A stretch of 64,000 nt of DNA, taken from contig NC_069006.1 in the NCBI RefSeq assembly GCF_001194135.2, positions 16,891,008-16,955,007 of the forward strand, read 5' to 3'. Below, in pieces: positions 26,901 through 40,576 of the stretch. The stretch comes from Octopus bimaculoides (Eukaryota). Made by a program: the position numbers and the translations under genes. Position 1 is the first letter of the stretch. Each line of letters opens with the position of its first letter. Below the pieces are notes generated by a model. It had not been told where the DNA came from. It saw only the letters and a program-made list of their open reading frames with translations, and ran no database searches.

Positions 26901-29900
26901 ATTGTCACAGAAAAAAAATGGGACAGTGATTATGTCAAGAATACTTTTCATCATAGGTTAACTATGTGAAGTACCCCTCATCAAGTAATCTCTATAAGGA
27001 GACCTAGTTGTCCCCTTGATGTTGATATAGTCCAGGAAGTAATGGAAATGCTTTGTTCTTTGATCTTTCCTCTTAGATTCACAAAATATAGATTACTGTT
27101 TGTATTTAAACCATACACAATCCTCGTTCTTTTGAAGATTTTCTGTCTTAAAATTTCGACATTCAGATATTACTCTGTCAAATATCAATGCTTATTTATT
27201 CAAAATGTTTTCACTCAATCATGCATTGTCTTGTAAGCTTTAGAATTTCAACAATGCAATTATTTTTAGACTAACATTGTAGGGTAAGTGTGAGAGGCCA
27301 GACTTGCTTTGTTTGAACATAAATCAGATAGAATATTTGGGCTGGATATGGGGAGTTTAAATGTTAAGGGGTTAAAACCAAGCTGAATGGTCACAGCTGG
27401 GATGTTTTTCATCATAATAGGGCGGCTGGATCAGGACTAGTCTTGGGACTAGTAAATAAAATAAATGCGCCCTTTTTAAAGCCTAACCAGGCTCATGGGC
27501 CCGGTTTCCCGGTTTCAATGGCGTATGTGTTCCCCAGCTGGACGGGACGCCAGTCCATCGCAGCGTTACTCATTTTTGCCAGCTGAGTGGACTGGAGCAA
27601 TGTGAAATGAAGTGTTTTGCTCAAGAACACAATGCGTCGCCCGGTCTAGGAATTGAAACCACAATCTTAAGATCATGATGCTGACACCCTAACCACTAAG
27701 CCACGTGCCTCCCTTGGGACTACTACTAAAGTATTTTCCTTTCTAATTGACCCACTTTCATCATGTAGAACATGTATGTATATATGATATCTTAGATTGG
27801 TGGTTCTCAACTTCATCTACATGACCCTTGGTGGGGGTGAGGTCCATATAAGATTGTTAAAATTCATATGCTATAAATTGCTTATACTTCTACAATACAC
27901 AAAATATTTTAATCTTTTTTATACAATTCCGAATAGTATTTAATGAAAATACAGTATGATTTTGTTTATATACATTGAATGGCTATGGCAGTCCATTAGA
28001 ATGAACTAGGAATCAAAGGGGTCTGTAGGCAAAAAATGGTTGAGAACTACTTTTTTCAACTGTATATGTATGTTTGTATATGCATATCTGTGTATGTAAT
28101 TGCATATTTATGGAATCTTACCTTTCTTCTTTGTTACTAGGCACATGATACATCAGTGCGTGCCATGGTGTGGAGTCACAGCGACACTTGGATGGTTACT
28201 GCAGATCATGCTGGTTATATAAAGTACTGGCAATCTAACATGAATAATGTAAAGATGTTTCAGGGCCATAAGGAACCAGTTCGAGGTATCAGGTACGCTA
28301 CACGGAGTCCACAACTGGCCTGGGTAGGCAGTAGTAGGAACGCTCTTACCTTCATTTCTGAAATTATTGGCACCATCTTCTGTGCCTTTGTTAATGTTGT
28401 TGCAGTTTATTTAACCATTACTAGATCTCAGGGTTCCTCTGTTGGTGAAAAACTATTAATCTATGGTGAAGACATCCTAGATTCTGGCTAAAGTTTGTGA
28501 GTTAGTGTAGCAATTTGGGTTTTGTCTGTTTTGTCCAACTGTTCAGATAGCATGTGTGTTTAATAACCTTGAATTTACTCTTTACATGCTCCTCTGATAT
28601 GGTTGACAGACTGGGTCCAGTCTGCTCTGGTGACTGTTTGGACATTGCAAATTTATGGGTTGCTGGATCTGAATGATGGTCACTGCTACATGTTCGTGGA
28701 TCACTGGGCCCGGATATGGCCTCTGCTACATGTCTGTGGATTACTGGGCCTGAATGTTGTATAGGTGGTCATTGCTTCATGTTTATGGATCGATAGACCT
28801 GAATGTGGTAGTGATGGTCACTGTCATATATTTATGGATCATTATACCTGAACATGGTGGTGACAGTGGTCATTACAACAAGTTTAGAGTGAGGCCGTTA
28901 TCTCCAGGTGGAGTTGCTGGAGTGCTGTAATGACTCGTGACATGTCTTGGGCATTTAAAAACTTGTAGGGCCCATTCCTCTTCAGTTGGCTTCTTATGAG
29001 GTGAAAGTGGGTGAGAAAAAAGAGCGACATCTTTCTCTCTCTTTTTCTCATCTCATAAAATCTACTCCAATACCAGACTGGTAATTTATTTATCAACTCT
29101 GAAAAGACAAAAGGCAAAGTTAACATTGGTTGAATTTGAACTTGGAGTACAGAAAGCTGGAATAAAAATTGCAAAGCAATAAACTATGCCTAAATGTATC
29201 ACTGGATCTGAATGTAATAGTGATGGTAATGGTAGCTACTGGTTCTTGATATGGCGTTGTAGTTGGCCTTGCCACAGCCATGCTCTGGCACTGCCTTGAG
29301 GAATTTTAGTTGAACTAATTGACCCCAGTACTTGTTTCCTTTTTAAGCCTGGTACTTACTCTACCGGTCTCTTTTGCTGAACGATAAGGTACAAGAACAT
29401 AAACAAACCGACACTGGTTGTCAAACGGTGATGGGGGATAGACACAAAGACACACACATGCACACATATATCATGAGCTTCTTTCAGTTTCTGTCTACCA
29501 AATTGGCTTTTGTTGGCCCAAGCTTATAATAGAAGACATTTGCCCAAGGTGCCATGCAATGGGACTGAACCCATTACCATGTGGTTGGGAAGCGAACTTC
29601 TTACCACACAGCTATGTTTGCATCTTTCTTCTTTCATTCCTTTGTCTATTAAGACTGATGCTGTGTTTTATTTTCTATTCTGACACTCATCATCATTTAA
29701 TGTCCACTTTTCCATGCTTGCCTGGGACAGGTGGAATTTGCTGAGGAAGTGGATTTTTTTTTAAAGACCTGAATGCCCATCCTCATAACCAATTCCTGTT
29801 TCCAAGCAAGAAAATATATTTCTCATGGCCAGGCATCTTTTGCACAGAAGACTGGAAGGGAACATTGCTTGTATGCTCGTTTACAACCCCCATGCGATGT

Positions 29901-32900
29901 CATGACTAGGGTGCACTTGCATGCATGCACACGCTCGTGTGCACACACATTTATGAAAGCCCACTACTATATGAGTTTCCATAGTTTCCTTCTATCCACA
30001 AAGCTAAATTTTTGAGGGCTAAATCTATTTAATTTAAATGTTACCAGCCTTGTCACATATATATGTTGGTTCTGCAAGGAGATTATTATTATTACTATCA
30101 TTTTGTTTTAGTTTAATGTTTGTGGAATGGTCAGGCAGTTAAACTATTATACGAGGTAGACCAGTGATTCTCAACGGGGTCCATATACCTCTTGGGGGTT
30201 CATATAGAATTTTGTTGTTAAAATTTTAAAATTAAATGCAATAAAATTGGTTATACTTCTACAATACACAAAATATTTCAATTTTTTAAATACAATTCCT
30301 AATAATCAGTTATAAAGATATAATAGGATTTTTGAAACATTGAATGACTATGGTGGGGGAGGGCAGTAGAGTTAAATAGGAATTAAAAGGGGTCCATAGG
30401 TAAAAAATGAACCCCTCAAACTGTCCTCATAATTCATAAATAAATTTTGTAGTGTAGATTCTGCCCAAAGATTACATTAAAGTTACAAAGTGTTTGTGGA
30501 TGTTCAGCACTTGACACTGTAATACAATGAGTAGGTAGTTCTGTTGAGATTGAACAACTGGAATACACATCAAAACTAATGTATAACCCACCCATCAGAG
30601 AAAGTAGGGTATTTTCTATAGATAAAATAACTGATAGGCGCAGGAGTGGTTGTGTGGTAAGTAGCTTGCTTACCAACCATATGGTTCCGGGTTCAGTCCC
30701 ACTGCGTGGCATCTTGGGCAAGTGTCTTCTACTATAGCCTCGGGCCGACCAAAGCCTTGTGAGTGGATTTGGTAGACGGAAACTGAAAGAAGCCCGTCGT
30801 ATATATGTGTGTGTGTTTGTGTGTCTGTCCCCCCAACATCGTTTGACAACCGATGCTGGTGTGTTTACGTCCCCGTAACTTAGCGGTTCGGCAAAAAGAG
30901 ACCGATAGAATAAGTACTAGACTTACAAAGAATAAGTCCTGGGGTCGATTTGCTCGACTAAAGGTGGTGCTCCAGCATAGCTGCAGTCAAATGACTGAAA
31001 CAAGTAAAAAAGTAAGAGATTGTGGGTGTTAAAACTGAAATAGGGATCTATACTGTTCTTTTGGGCATCTTATTTACTATATTGAAAAAGCACAATACTC
31101 CATTCCTTAGAATTTGAAATTTGGGATGTCTGACCCCTCTCTAGGTTATTGTCTTATTTTCGAAGCCATGTTATTTTCATTCCATTTCAATTAAACTGCA
31201 CTGGCATTAATTATATATGTACTTTTTTTTTTCTTCAATTTAATCTTCATCTTTATTTACTAATTAAATAAAGTTGTTTTTTTTTTCTTCTCCTCTTAAC
31301 CCTAACCCTATTCCATTTGCTCGACTAATAAACTTAAAATCTGGGTTTGGCCCCCTATTCCATGCTTTGCCATAATACCACTTCAATAAAGCTGCTTCCT
31401 TCCTCTGTTATCAATAAAGTTGATATCGTATATATTTGTGTGTATGTGTGTGTGTGTATATATATATTTATATATATATATTTATTTGTGTATATATCCC
31501 TTTCAAAGATGATGCTTTACAGATGTGCAAAGAATTTGGTTGCCTTTATGATTTAGGTTTATATATTTCTTGTAAGAAAGTTTTCTAATTTCATTAGATA
31601 TGCAATGTGTGTGTTTATGTTTCTCTCTCTGTATGTGTCTGTCTATGTGTATTTGTGTTTTAACACAATACATCAACTGACCTACTTTAGATTATTTATC
31701 AAATTAGGTCATGTTATATTTTTGCCTTATTTAATCCTTCAACAGAGATGAAAAGATATTGTGTTGTTGTTGTTTATTCATATCTGAGTCTAAACCAGAG
31801 TGATCCTTGTGAGTTTCTGGGAAGTAATCAGGTGTCTCTGCTATTCCATTAAGAGTTATTTCTATGGCTTTACAATTTTATTTTTTTTTTTTCATTGTCT
31901 AGTTTCCATTTTCTCTGTTAATCACACAGAACTCCATAACCTTACCGAAAACAACATTAGCAAGATCTCTCTGCCTAGTTATATAAAGCAGCATAACATT
32001 CTCACGTAACTTTGCTTGTGTATTGTTGGTCATACAAGATACCATTCCCCCACTTTACGCCAAAAATTGGTTAAATGTTTCTTCTTAATTACGATAGAAT
32101 ACCGTTGTATTTTAATATTGGTTAGATTAATTTAAGTAAACTATATCATATACAGTATTATATACTGATCAGCTAACCACTAGCCAGGCTAATTTTAACT
32201 ATACCAAGTGTATCATATTATATTACAGTTTCCTCAGCTCAGGTAAATAAACTAGTCTTTAACTATTGGATATTATTAGTAGTTGCAATATGAAGTTAGA
32301 TTACCCCAGGTTTATTGGACTTTACATAAAGTTTGTGTAATATAAGTTTGTTTCAACTGTATTTACTAAATTTTGTTATTAATTTAAACAAGATTCTCTA
32401 GATTTATCTAAGTGTAAGGTTATTTTGATCAGTGAAAACTGGTACTCTTTTGGTAATGATGACAAGGGTCTCCAGTTGGTGTGATCAATGGAACAGCCTG
32501 CTTGTGAAATTATTGTGCAAGTGGTTGAACACATGTACCGTTAATGCAGTTCTCAGGCGGATTCAGCATGACACAGAATGTGACAAGACTGGCCCTTTTG
32601 AATTACAGGCACAACTCGTTTTTGCCAGCTGAGTGGACTGGAACAACGTGAAATAAAGTGTCTTGCTCAAGGACACAGTGCACCACTGGGTATTGAACTC
32701 ATGACCTTACAGTCATAAGTTAAACACCCTGACCACGAGGCCACATGCCTAGACCAGGGAAATAACTCAGGAAAAAACAAGGATTTAAATGTTAATTTGG
32801 CTTTTGAGTAGGAGGAATGTTTGATAATTGCAAACTCTTAGACCTTATCCATTTTCAACTATTTCTTACTTTCTTGACAATGTAAGAGTGGTCAGTGAAG

Positions 32901-35630
32901 GGTGTTTTGTGATTTTGTTGTTTGTATGGGACAAATCACAAAAATACTCAGAAAATACACAAGTTAACATAATAGATATTAGTTATCTTGTACACAATTG
33001 GTTGACAGATAATAGTTATCACCATCATCATCATCATCGTTTAACATCCGCTTTCCATGCTAGCATGGGTTGGACGATTTGACTGAGGACTGGCGATCCA
33101 GATGGCTACACCAGGCTCCAATCTGATTTGGCAGAGTTTCTGCAGCTGGATGCCCTTCCTAACGCCAACCACTCCGAGAGGGTAGTGGGTGCTTTTACGT
33201 ACCACCGGCACGAGGGCCAGTCTGGCAGTACTGGCAACGGTTATGCTAGTTGTTATCTTGTAGATAATAATTGCTTGATAAATGGCAATTATAGAATGGA
33301 ATATTTATATTCTATATGTGTTGTCTTCTCTTGACTACATTCGCCCTAAAGATTGGTTGTAATGCTGTAAGACTTAGATAAATATCTCTTTATTCATAGT
33401 AGTGACTACTGTTTGTCTTTAAATCTCTAAACTCTCTTAACTACAAGGGAGTTGGTTCCTATGTTGCTCTTATTTAATTTAAATCTTAGTCAACATCAAT
33501 TATATTAAAATTGCTACCTAATATTTCTCTCCCTCACTCATGTCTGCTGTCAGAGTTGAACTTGTTTTCGGCCATGTAGACTGTGCTGCCTAAGAACATG
33601 ACACAAACTGTTGTGATGTGCATAAGCAATAGTCCGTTACTTTGCATCTTGTTTGAGTTATGGCTGGTCAGAATTTTCTCTGTAACCATGTTAAGCTATG
33701 TCTTTGTGCTGGTCTTATATCTTGTATTGTTTCTATTTCAAATACTAATGGTACAAGAGAAGGTTGATTCATAAGCTACAACATTCACAGAAATAGATCA
33801 GTCTTCATTTTATTTTTTTTGTTTTTTTTTGTTCTCCTCAGAATATTTTAGGGAATTCAATGATTTCATATTTTTTAATAGGTCACATGTCTGATCCTTC
33901 TTACATAACTCTTTTTTCTTTTATTCCTTCACAAAATTTTCTCTATATTTTGCTCTGCAAATTTCTGATTCTCTGTTAGTGGCATGGCCCATAGTATTGA
34001 TTCCCAACTTAAGTTGCCAATTTAGCTTTGAGGAAAAAAAAAAAAAAAAAAAGAAGTGAATGAATGTCAACACTTCAACTTGCTATTTTTTTTTATTATA
34101 TATAATACTTTTTATAATACATCTTTGATCTTGTCCCAGAATAGAATCTCTGGGAAAACAGTCCCATGTAATCCCTTCTTGTTATGTTTAACCCTTCAGC
34201 ATTTAGATTACTCTGACAAATATTAAGCTTATTTAATCATATTGTTTTGAATTAATCATGCATTATGTCATAGCTTGAAGATTTTGATGATCTAATTGTA
34301 TATTTTTAGAATGACATTGTAGTGTAGGTATGAGAGGTTGGATCTGGCTAGTTTGAACATAAAACAAGTAGGATATTTTGGCTGGATATGGCCAGTTTAA
34401 ATGCTAAAAAGTTGAACTGGGTATGTGATATGACAACAGTGGTGATGATGGTGAAGAGTAAGTTTAATATTTCATTGTCCTGAACTTTAAGTTTTTACTG
34501 AACTGAAACAGGTGGATACTGTTGATACAGTTCTTAGACATCTTAAGAAACCTTATTTTAATTAAGAGTTGCTAATCGATGTTTGCATATCCTGCTGCTT
34601 GTTTTTTTTTCCTTTTTTTTTTTTCTTTGATTTTTCATCTTTACCCTGCCCTGTCCCAGTGGGCATCTTATTAATGATAAAGAGGAATATATTATCCACA
34701 TGAAGCTGAAACTGCTCTTTCAATAAACACATTCGTTCATCCTGTCAGAATGATTACCTGTCTTGCTCTGTATGTTTGTGCATGTTCGCATACACCTATA
34801 AATATTATATATATATATAAAATATAGACTTTTGAAAAAGTCTATAAATGCAAAAAATTCAAATTCAATGAAAATATTAAAAAAAAAAGGAAATTGATTT
34901 AATAAATATAAAAAAATAACAACCAAATCAATGTTAATGAAAAGGGATATTATTGGCCTGTTTACACTTTCTGTTTCTATGGCAACAACTTAGTATCACT
35001 GGCAACAGTATCAGTAGCTGAACAATTTGTATATATATTCATATACATACATATATATATATATATATCAATAAAATAAAATTTTTGCCCCTCTCCCCCA
35101 TGATTATTATGATTGATTATTATTATTATTATTATTATTTGTAAGATTAATAAAAATAAGAAAAATAAATAAATACCTTTTTTCTTACGTAATAAAGATA
35201 AGATTTCTTAATAAAAATAATTTGGTAAAAGTGAGCCATTTGTATCTGTTGTCTTTATTTTCACGACAACTCTCATACATGTATGACTAACTTGTCCATC
35301 TGTTTCCTCTTTAGAAAGGGTTTGTCTGGCAGGTTTCAGGGGAGTGTTTCAGGTGAGGGAGGTAACAACNNNNNNNNNNNNNNNNNNNNNNNNNNNNNNN
35401 NNNNNNNNNNNNNNNNNNNNNNNNNNNNNNNNNNNNNNNNNNNNNNNNNNNNNNNNNNNNNNNNNNNNNNNNNNNNNNNNNNNNNNNNNNNNNNNNNNNN
35501 NNNNNNNNNNNNNNNNNNNNNNNNNNNNNNNNNNNNNNNNNNNNNNNNNNNNNNNNNNNNNNNNNNNNNNNNNNNNNNNNNNNNNNNNNNNNNNNNNNNN
35601 NNNNNNNNNNNNNNNNNNNNNNNNNNNNNN

Positions 35631-35664
<34 letters not shown>

Positions 35665-36426
35665 GGTTTTTGGGGTCAATTCCTCCGTGCAGCACCTTGA
35701 CTATGTATCTTCTATAATCTCATACTGACCAAAGCTTTGTGAATGAATTTGGTAAATGAAAACTGAAGGAAGTTTGTGTGAATGTATTTATGCGTACATC
35801 TGTTTTTTATGGGTATGGGTGATGACAGCTGTGTAAAGTGCCGATCTCTAATTGTAGGGAAACTTGTGGAAGGGGTAGACTCAGGAAAATATGGAGTGAG
35901 GTGGTGAATTATGATCTTCAGATGTTGAGTCTGATGGAGGCAATGACAAGTGACCCAGACTTCTCGCAATTTGTTGTGCTTGAGAAGACACATCAAGCTA
36001 AGTGAATCGTGGTCATTGCCAGTGCTGTCAACATGTTAAAGGCACCCGTACTGGTGACATGTGAAAAACATTCAGTGCACTGTGTAAAAGTGGTTGGCAT
36101 TAGGAAGGGCATCCGGCCATAGAAACTAAGCCAAAACATGATTGGAGCCCGATACAGCACTCTGGCTTATCAGTTCCAGTTAAATCATCTAACCCATGCC
36201 AGCATTGAAAATGGACATTAAATGATGCAGTCATACATATGTGTGCTTGTGTTGGTTTACTTCTGCACTTTTCTAAAGTCATGTTGCTAGAAGCATTGGC
36301 ATCATTGTTGTTTCTCTTGTCGACAAATCTTCTGTTGGCTTTGTCTTTGAAGACTTGTGGAATGAGAGATCCCTTACATGGAAAACAAGAGTTATTAAGA
36401 GGAAGGGCACCTGGCTGTAAAACAAG

Positions 36427-36462
<36 letters not shown>

Positions 36463-37927
36463 GAGATGAATTTGTAAAACTCCTTAAACTGTGTTGGTGA
36501 TGAGTTAAACAAAATATGTAAGTTGGTGTCAATAAATAAAAGCAATCGAAAAAGAAATTGTATTACCTTACATAGGGGGTTTAACCATTTAGCATTCAGA
36601 TTATTATTATTATACTATTTATTCACATTGTTTTGAATTATTCATATATTATCTTGTATGCTTCAAGATTCCAATGATGTGATTGTTTATCTTTAGACTG
36701 ACATTGTAGGGTAGGTGTGAGAAGTTAGATCGGATTGGTTTGAACATTTGAACAGAATATTTGGGCCAGATCCAACCAGTTCAAATGCTAAAGGGTTAAT
36801 CCTTTCGTTACTGTATTTATTTTGAGATGCTCTGTGTTTCTTTCAATTACTTTAAATATAACAAAGAATTTAGTAAAATAACTTAGTTATCATTCAGCTA
36901 GTGTTCGGAACATAAATTGTGACTAAGGTTTGGTGGAAGATTTTAATTCCAAACTTATGAAAACAAGACATTTGTACTCAGAGCCGGTTTCAGCCGGGTT
37001 GGTAACAGAAGGGTTAATGATCCTATAATATTTCAAGAAAAATAGGATTTCAAATAGGAAGCAAGGAAATATAATGTTCAGAGATGTGTGTTATTGGGCA
37101 GTCCATTCTAGTGTGTTGTAATGAAGGGCATTGATTGGAATTATGTAAAATATCATCTGTACATGTAGCTGTGGTTGCTCAGGTTCTACAGTATCAGTTG
37201 CAGTAAGTAGTGTAGTGTAGCAATAACAGCAATTGTTTGGTGTCATGGTAATACAAGTTAGTGTGGGTGTATAAAGAGTTGATGGGGGGGGGGGGAGATC
37301 ACTGAACAGTAGCTGAACTTCAAGGTAAGGTTGCTTAGTAGGTAATGTATGTTGAGAAGTTCTTTGTTCAGGTAGGGCTACTTTATTTGAAGGTGTGAAT
37401 TGGTGATTGTGAGAAATGTAGATGAAGTGAGGTAGTTAGAAAAGCCAATTTGCGCCATTCAGTTCAGATCTGTTCTTTTATCTTTTACTTGTTTCAACCA
37501 TTAGACTGTGGCCATTCTGGGGCACCACCTTAAAGAACTTCTTTTGGTCGAACGAATTGACCTCAGTACTTATTTTAAAGCCTGGTACTTATTCTATTGT
37601 TTCTTTTGCTGAACTGCTAAGTTATGGTGATCTAAACAAGCCATCACCTGTTCAATATTTAAGAGATGAGGAATTATGTACATTATTTACATTCAAAAGA
37701 TATTTGTCCTTATCTTGCTTGTTGTTAACATGTTTCGGCTGATATACCCTCCAGCCTTCATCAGGTGTCTTGGGGAAATTTCGAACCTGGGTTCTCATTC
37801 CTAAGGTATTCTTCGATGCTGTTATTATTATTATTGTTATTGTTCAGGTCACTGCTTAGAATTGAACTCAGAATCTTGGGGTTAGTAGCCTGTGCTCTTA
37901 ACGTCTACGCCATGTGCCCGTGGGCAT

Positions 37928-37958
<31 letters not shown>

Positions 37959-40482
37959 TATAATAATAGCAATAATAATAATAATAATAACATCGAAAAA
38001 TACCTTAGGAATGAGAACCCAAGTTTGAAANNNNNNNNNNNNNNNNNNNNNNNNNNNNNNNNNNNNNNNNNNNNNNNNNNNNNNNNNNNNNNNNNNNNNN
38101 NNNNNNNNNNNNNNNNNNNNNNNNNNNNNNNNNNNNNNNNNNNNNNNNNNNNNNNNNNNNNNNNNNNNNNNNNNNNNNNNNNNNNNNNNNNNNNNNNNNN
38201 NNNNNNNNNNNNNNNNNNNNNNNNNNNNNNNNNNNNNNNNNNNNNNNNNNNNNNNNNNNNNNNNNNNNNNNNNNNNNNNNNNNNNNNNNNNNNNTTGATG
38301 GGCTTCTTTTTAGTTCTGTCTATCAAATTCACTCACAAGGCTTTGGTCATCCCAAGGCTGTAGTAGAAGACACTTGCCCAAGGTGCCATGCAGTGGGACT
38401 GAACCTGGAACCATGTGGTTGTGAATCAAGCTTCTTACCCCACAGCCATGCCTCTTGTTGATTTCTGGTTTATATTGCTGAATCAGAATCATCCTTGATT
38501 ATTAAGTTACTAATATTTTGGCCAGTGGCTAAGGTGGACATTCCAACTTAATGGTATGGTTACAGCCTTTGTGAAGATGTTTCTTGATTGACGGAGTACA
38601 TGTATGTGCAAGTAAGGTGTTCCTTAACCCATTAGCATTCAGATTATTCTATCAGATATAATGCTTATTTATTCACATTGTTTTGAATTAATCATGCATT
38701 ATCCTGTAGGTTTTGATGATGGAATAGCTTATTTTTAGATTAACATTGTAGGAGAAGTGTGTGGGGCCAGACCTGGCCAGTTTGAACATAAAACAGACTA
38801 TTTTGGCTGGAGTGGTTGGCGTTAGGAAGGGCATCCAGCTGTAGAAACTCTGCCAAATCAGATTGGAGGCTGGTGTTGCCATCTGGTTTCACCAGTCCTC
38901 AGTCAAATCGTCCAACCCATGCTGGCATGGAAAGCAGACATTAAACGATGATGATATGGCCATTTTAATAGAGTGGCTTAGACATTTATCTAGCCCCTCT
39001 TTGTGAATGGCTTTTTGGTGGTGATGGTAGTCTTGTTAAGCTGTGGTAGTTTAATCCTTGAGCATTCAGATTACTGTCAAAAGCAATGCTTGTTTATTCA
39101 CATTGTTTTGCATTAATTGTACAGTATCTTTTAGCTACACGATTTTGATGATGTGATTGTTTAGTTTTAGAATGACATTTTAGGGTAAGGTATTGAGAGG
39201 TCAAATCGGGCCAGTTTGAACAAAAAACAGGTAGAATATTTTAGCCAGATATGGCTGGGTTTAAATGCTAAAGGGTTACAGAAGCAGATGTTCTTGTGGT
39301 GGTGGTTCTGCTATTTTATGTAAAGGACTTTGTTAGGGATGAGTGAAAGATGTATGTAAATGACTTGGTCAGTCACCTTGCTACACTAATCACAAATGCA
39401 TGCAAATTAATTTTGGATGTAGTGCCAGTACCGCCTGACTGGCCTTTGTGCGGGTGACACGTAAAAGCACCCACTACACTCTGAGTGGTTGGCATTAGGA
39501 AGGGCATCCAGCTGTAGAAACTCTGCCAAATCAGATTGGAGCCTGGTGTAGCCATTTGGTTTCACCAGTCCTCAGTCAAATCGTCCAACCCATGCTAGCA
39601 TGGAAAGCGGATGTTAAACGATGATGATGATGATGCATGTTGTAAAGAGGGATTAGGAGTCAAAGATGTTGAATGTTAGACTTCCAAAACATTTGTGAAA
39701 AGTGTGTTACATGTGGGTGGGACATAACTCTTCTAGCACTCGGTTTCGAGGACGGGTCTTCTCTAGAACCTCGTATTACCAAACCTCTCGGTCCACTGTC
39801 ATTTCCTCCATGAGCTCCAACATCCTAAGATCAGACTGCACCACTTTGCCACATCAGAATGGAGCTTAGTGCGGCCTCCTGGCTTACCAGTCCCCACTCA
39901 AACCGTTCAACCCATGCCAGCATGGAAAACGGACGTTAAATGATGATGATGTCTATGAAAACATAACCAATTATTCATCCATTTTCTCCACTCACTATTC
40001 CTGGGAGAGTTGTTGGGGTAGCATCCCCAGGTGCTTCCTCCATAAGGCCCTATCAAAAGCAGTTGCCATTACTCTGTCTTGTTGGATTCCCAAGCATAAC
40101 CAGCTGGGATTAGTCATTACCCAACCATTTCATTCTTGGTCTCTCCAGATTGAGACACTAGTTCTCTGCATTGAGCAATCACAGCTCTGTCATTATGGAC
40201 TTGTGATAAGAATGTTGCAGGGAAGGATCACAAGACTTATTCTTCAAGTCAATCCAACTGGGTGGAGACCCTGGGAGTATACCTCAATTGAGATGGTTGG
40301 AAAATTTAAAGGAAAAGTAAATATTTGATTGACCTGAAAAAATACATTTTTGGGAAAATGGCACTTGTTGGACTAGATATATTAAAGAGGTTATTCAATA
40401 TGAATAACCTCTTTAATATATCTATAATTAGTAGTGCACCTGTACCCTGTATATGGGTGCATGTGTATGTGTAATATATATT

Positions 40483-40542
<60 letters not shown>

Positions 40543-40544
40543 CA

Positions 40545-40576
<32 letters not shown>

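Noticed and set aside
33583-33774. Very hydrophobic 63-aa ORF resembling two TM helices
   Set aside because: Not in frame with the 33554 acceptor, has a TAG at 33577 just upstream, and T-rich DNA readily gives hydrophobic frames.
37848-37920. tRNA-like sequence on the minus strand
   Set aside because: Acceptor and T stems are poor and it is embedded in a repeat; treated as a SINE head, not a tRNA gene.
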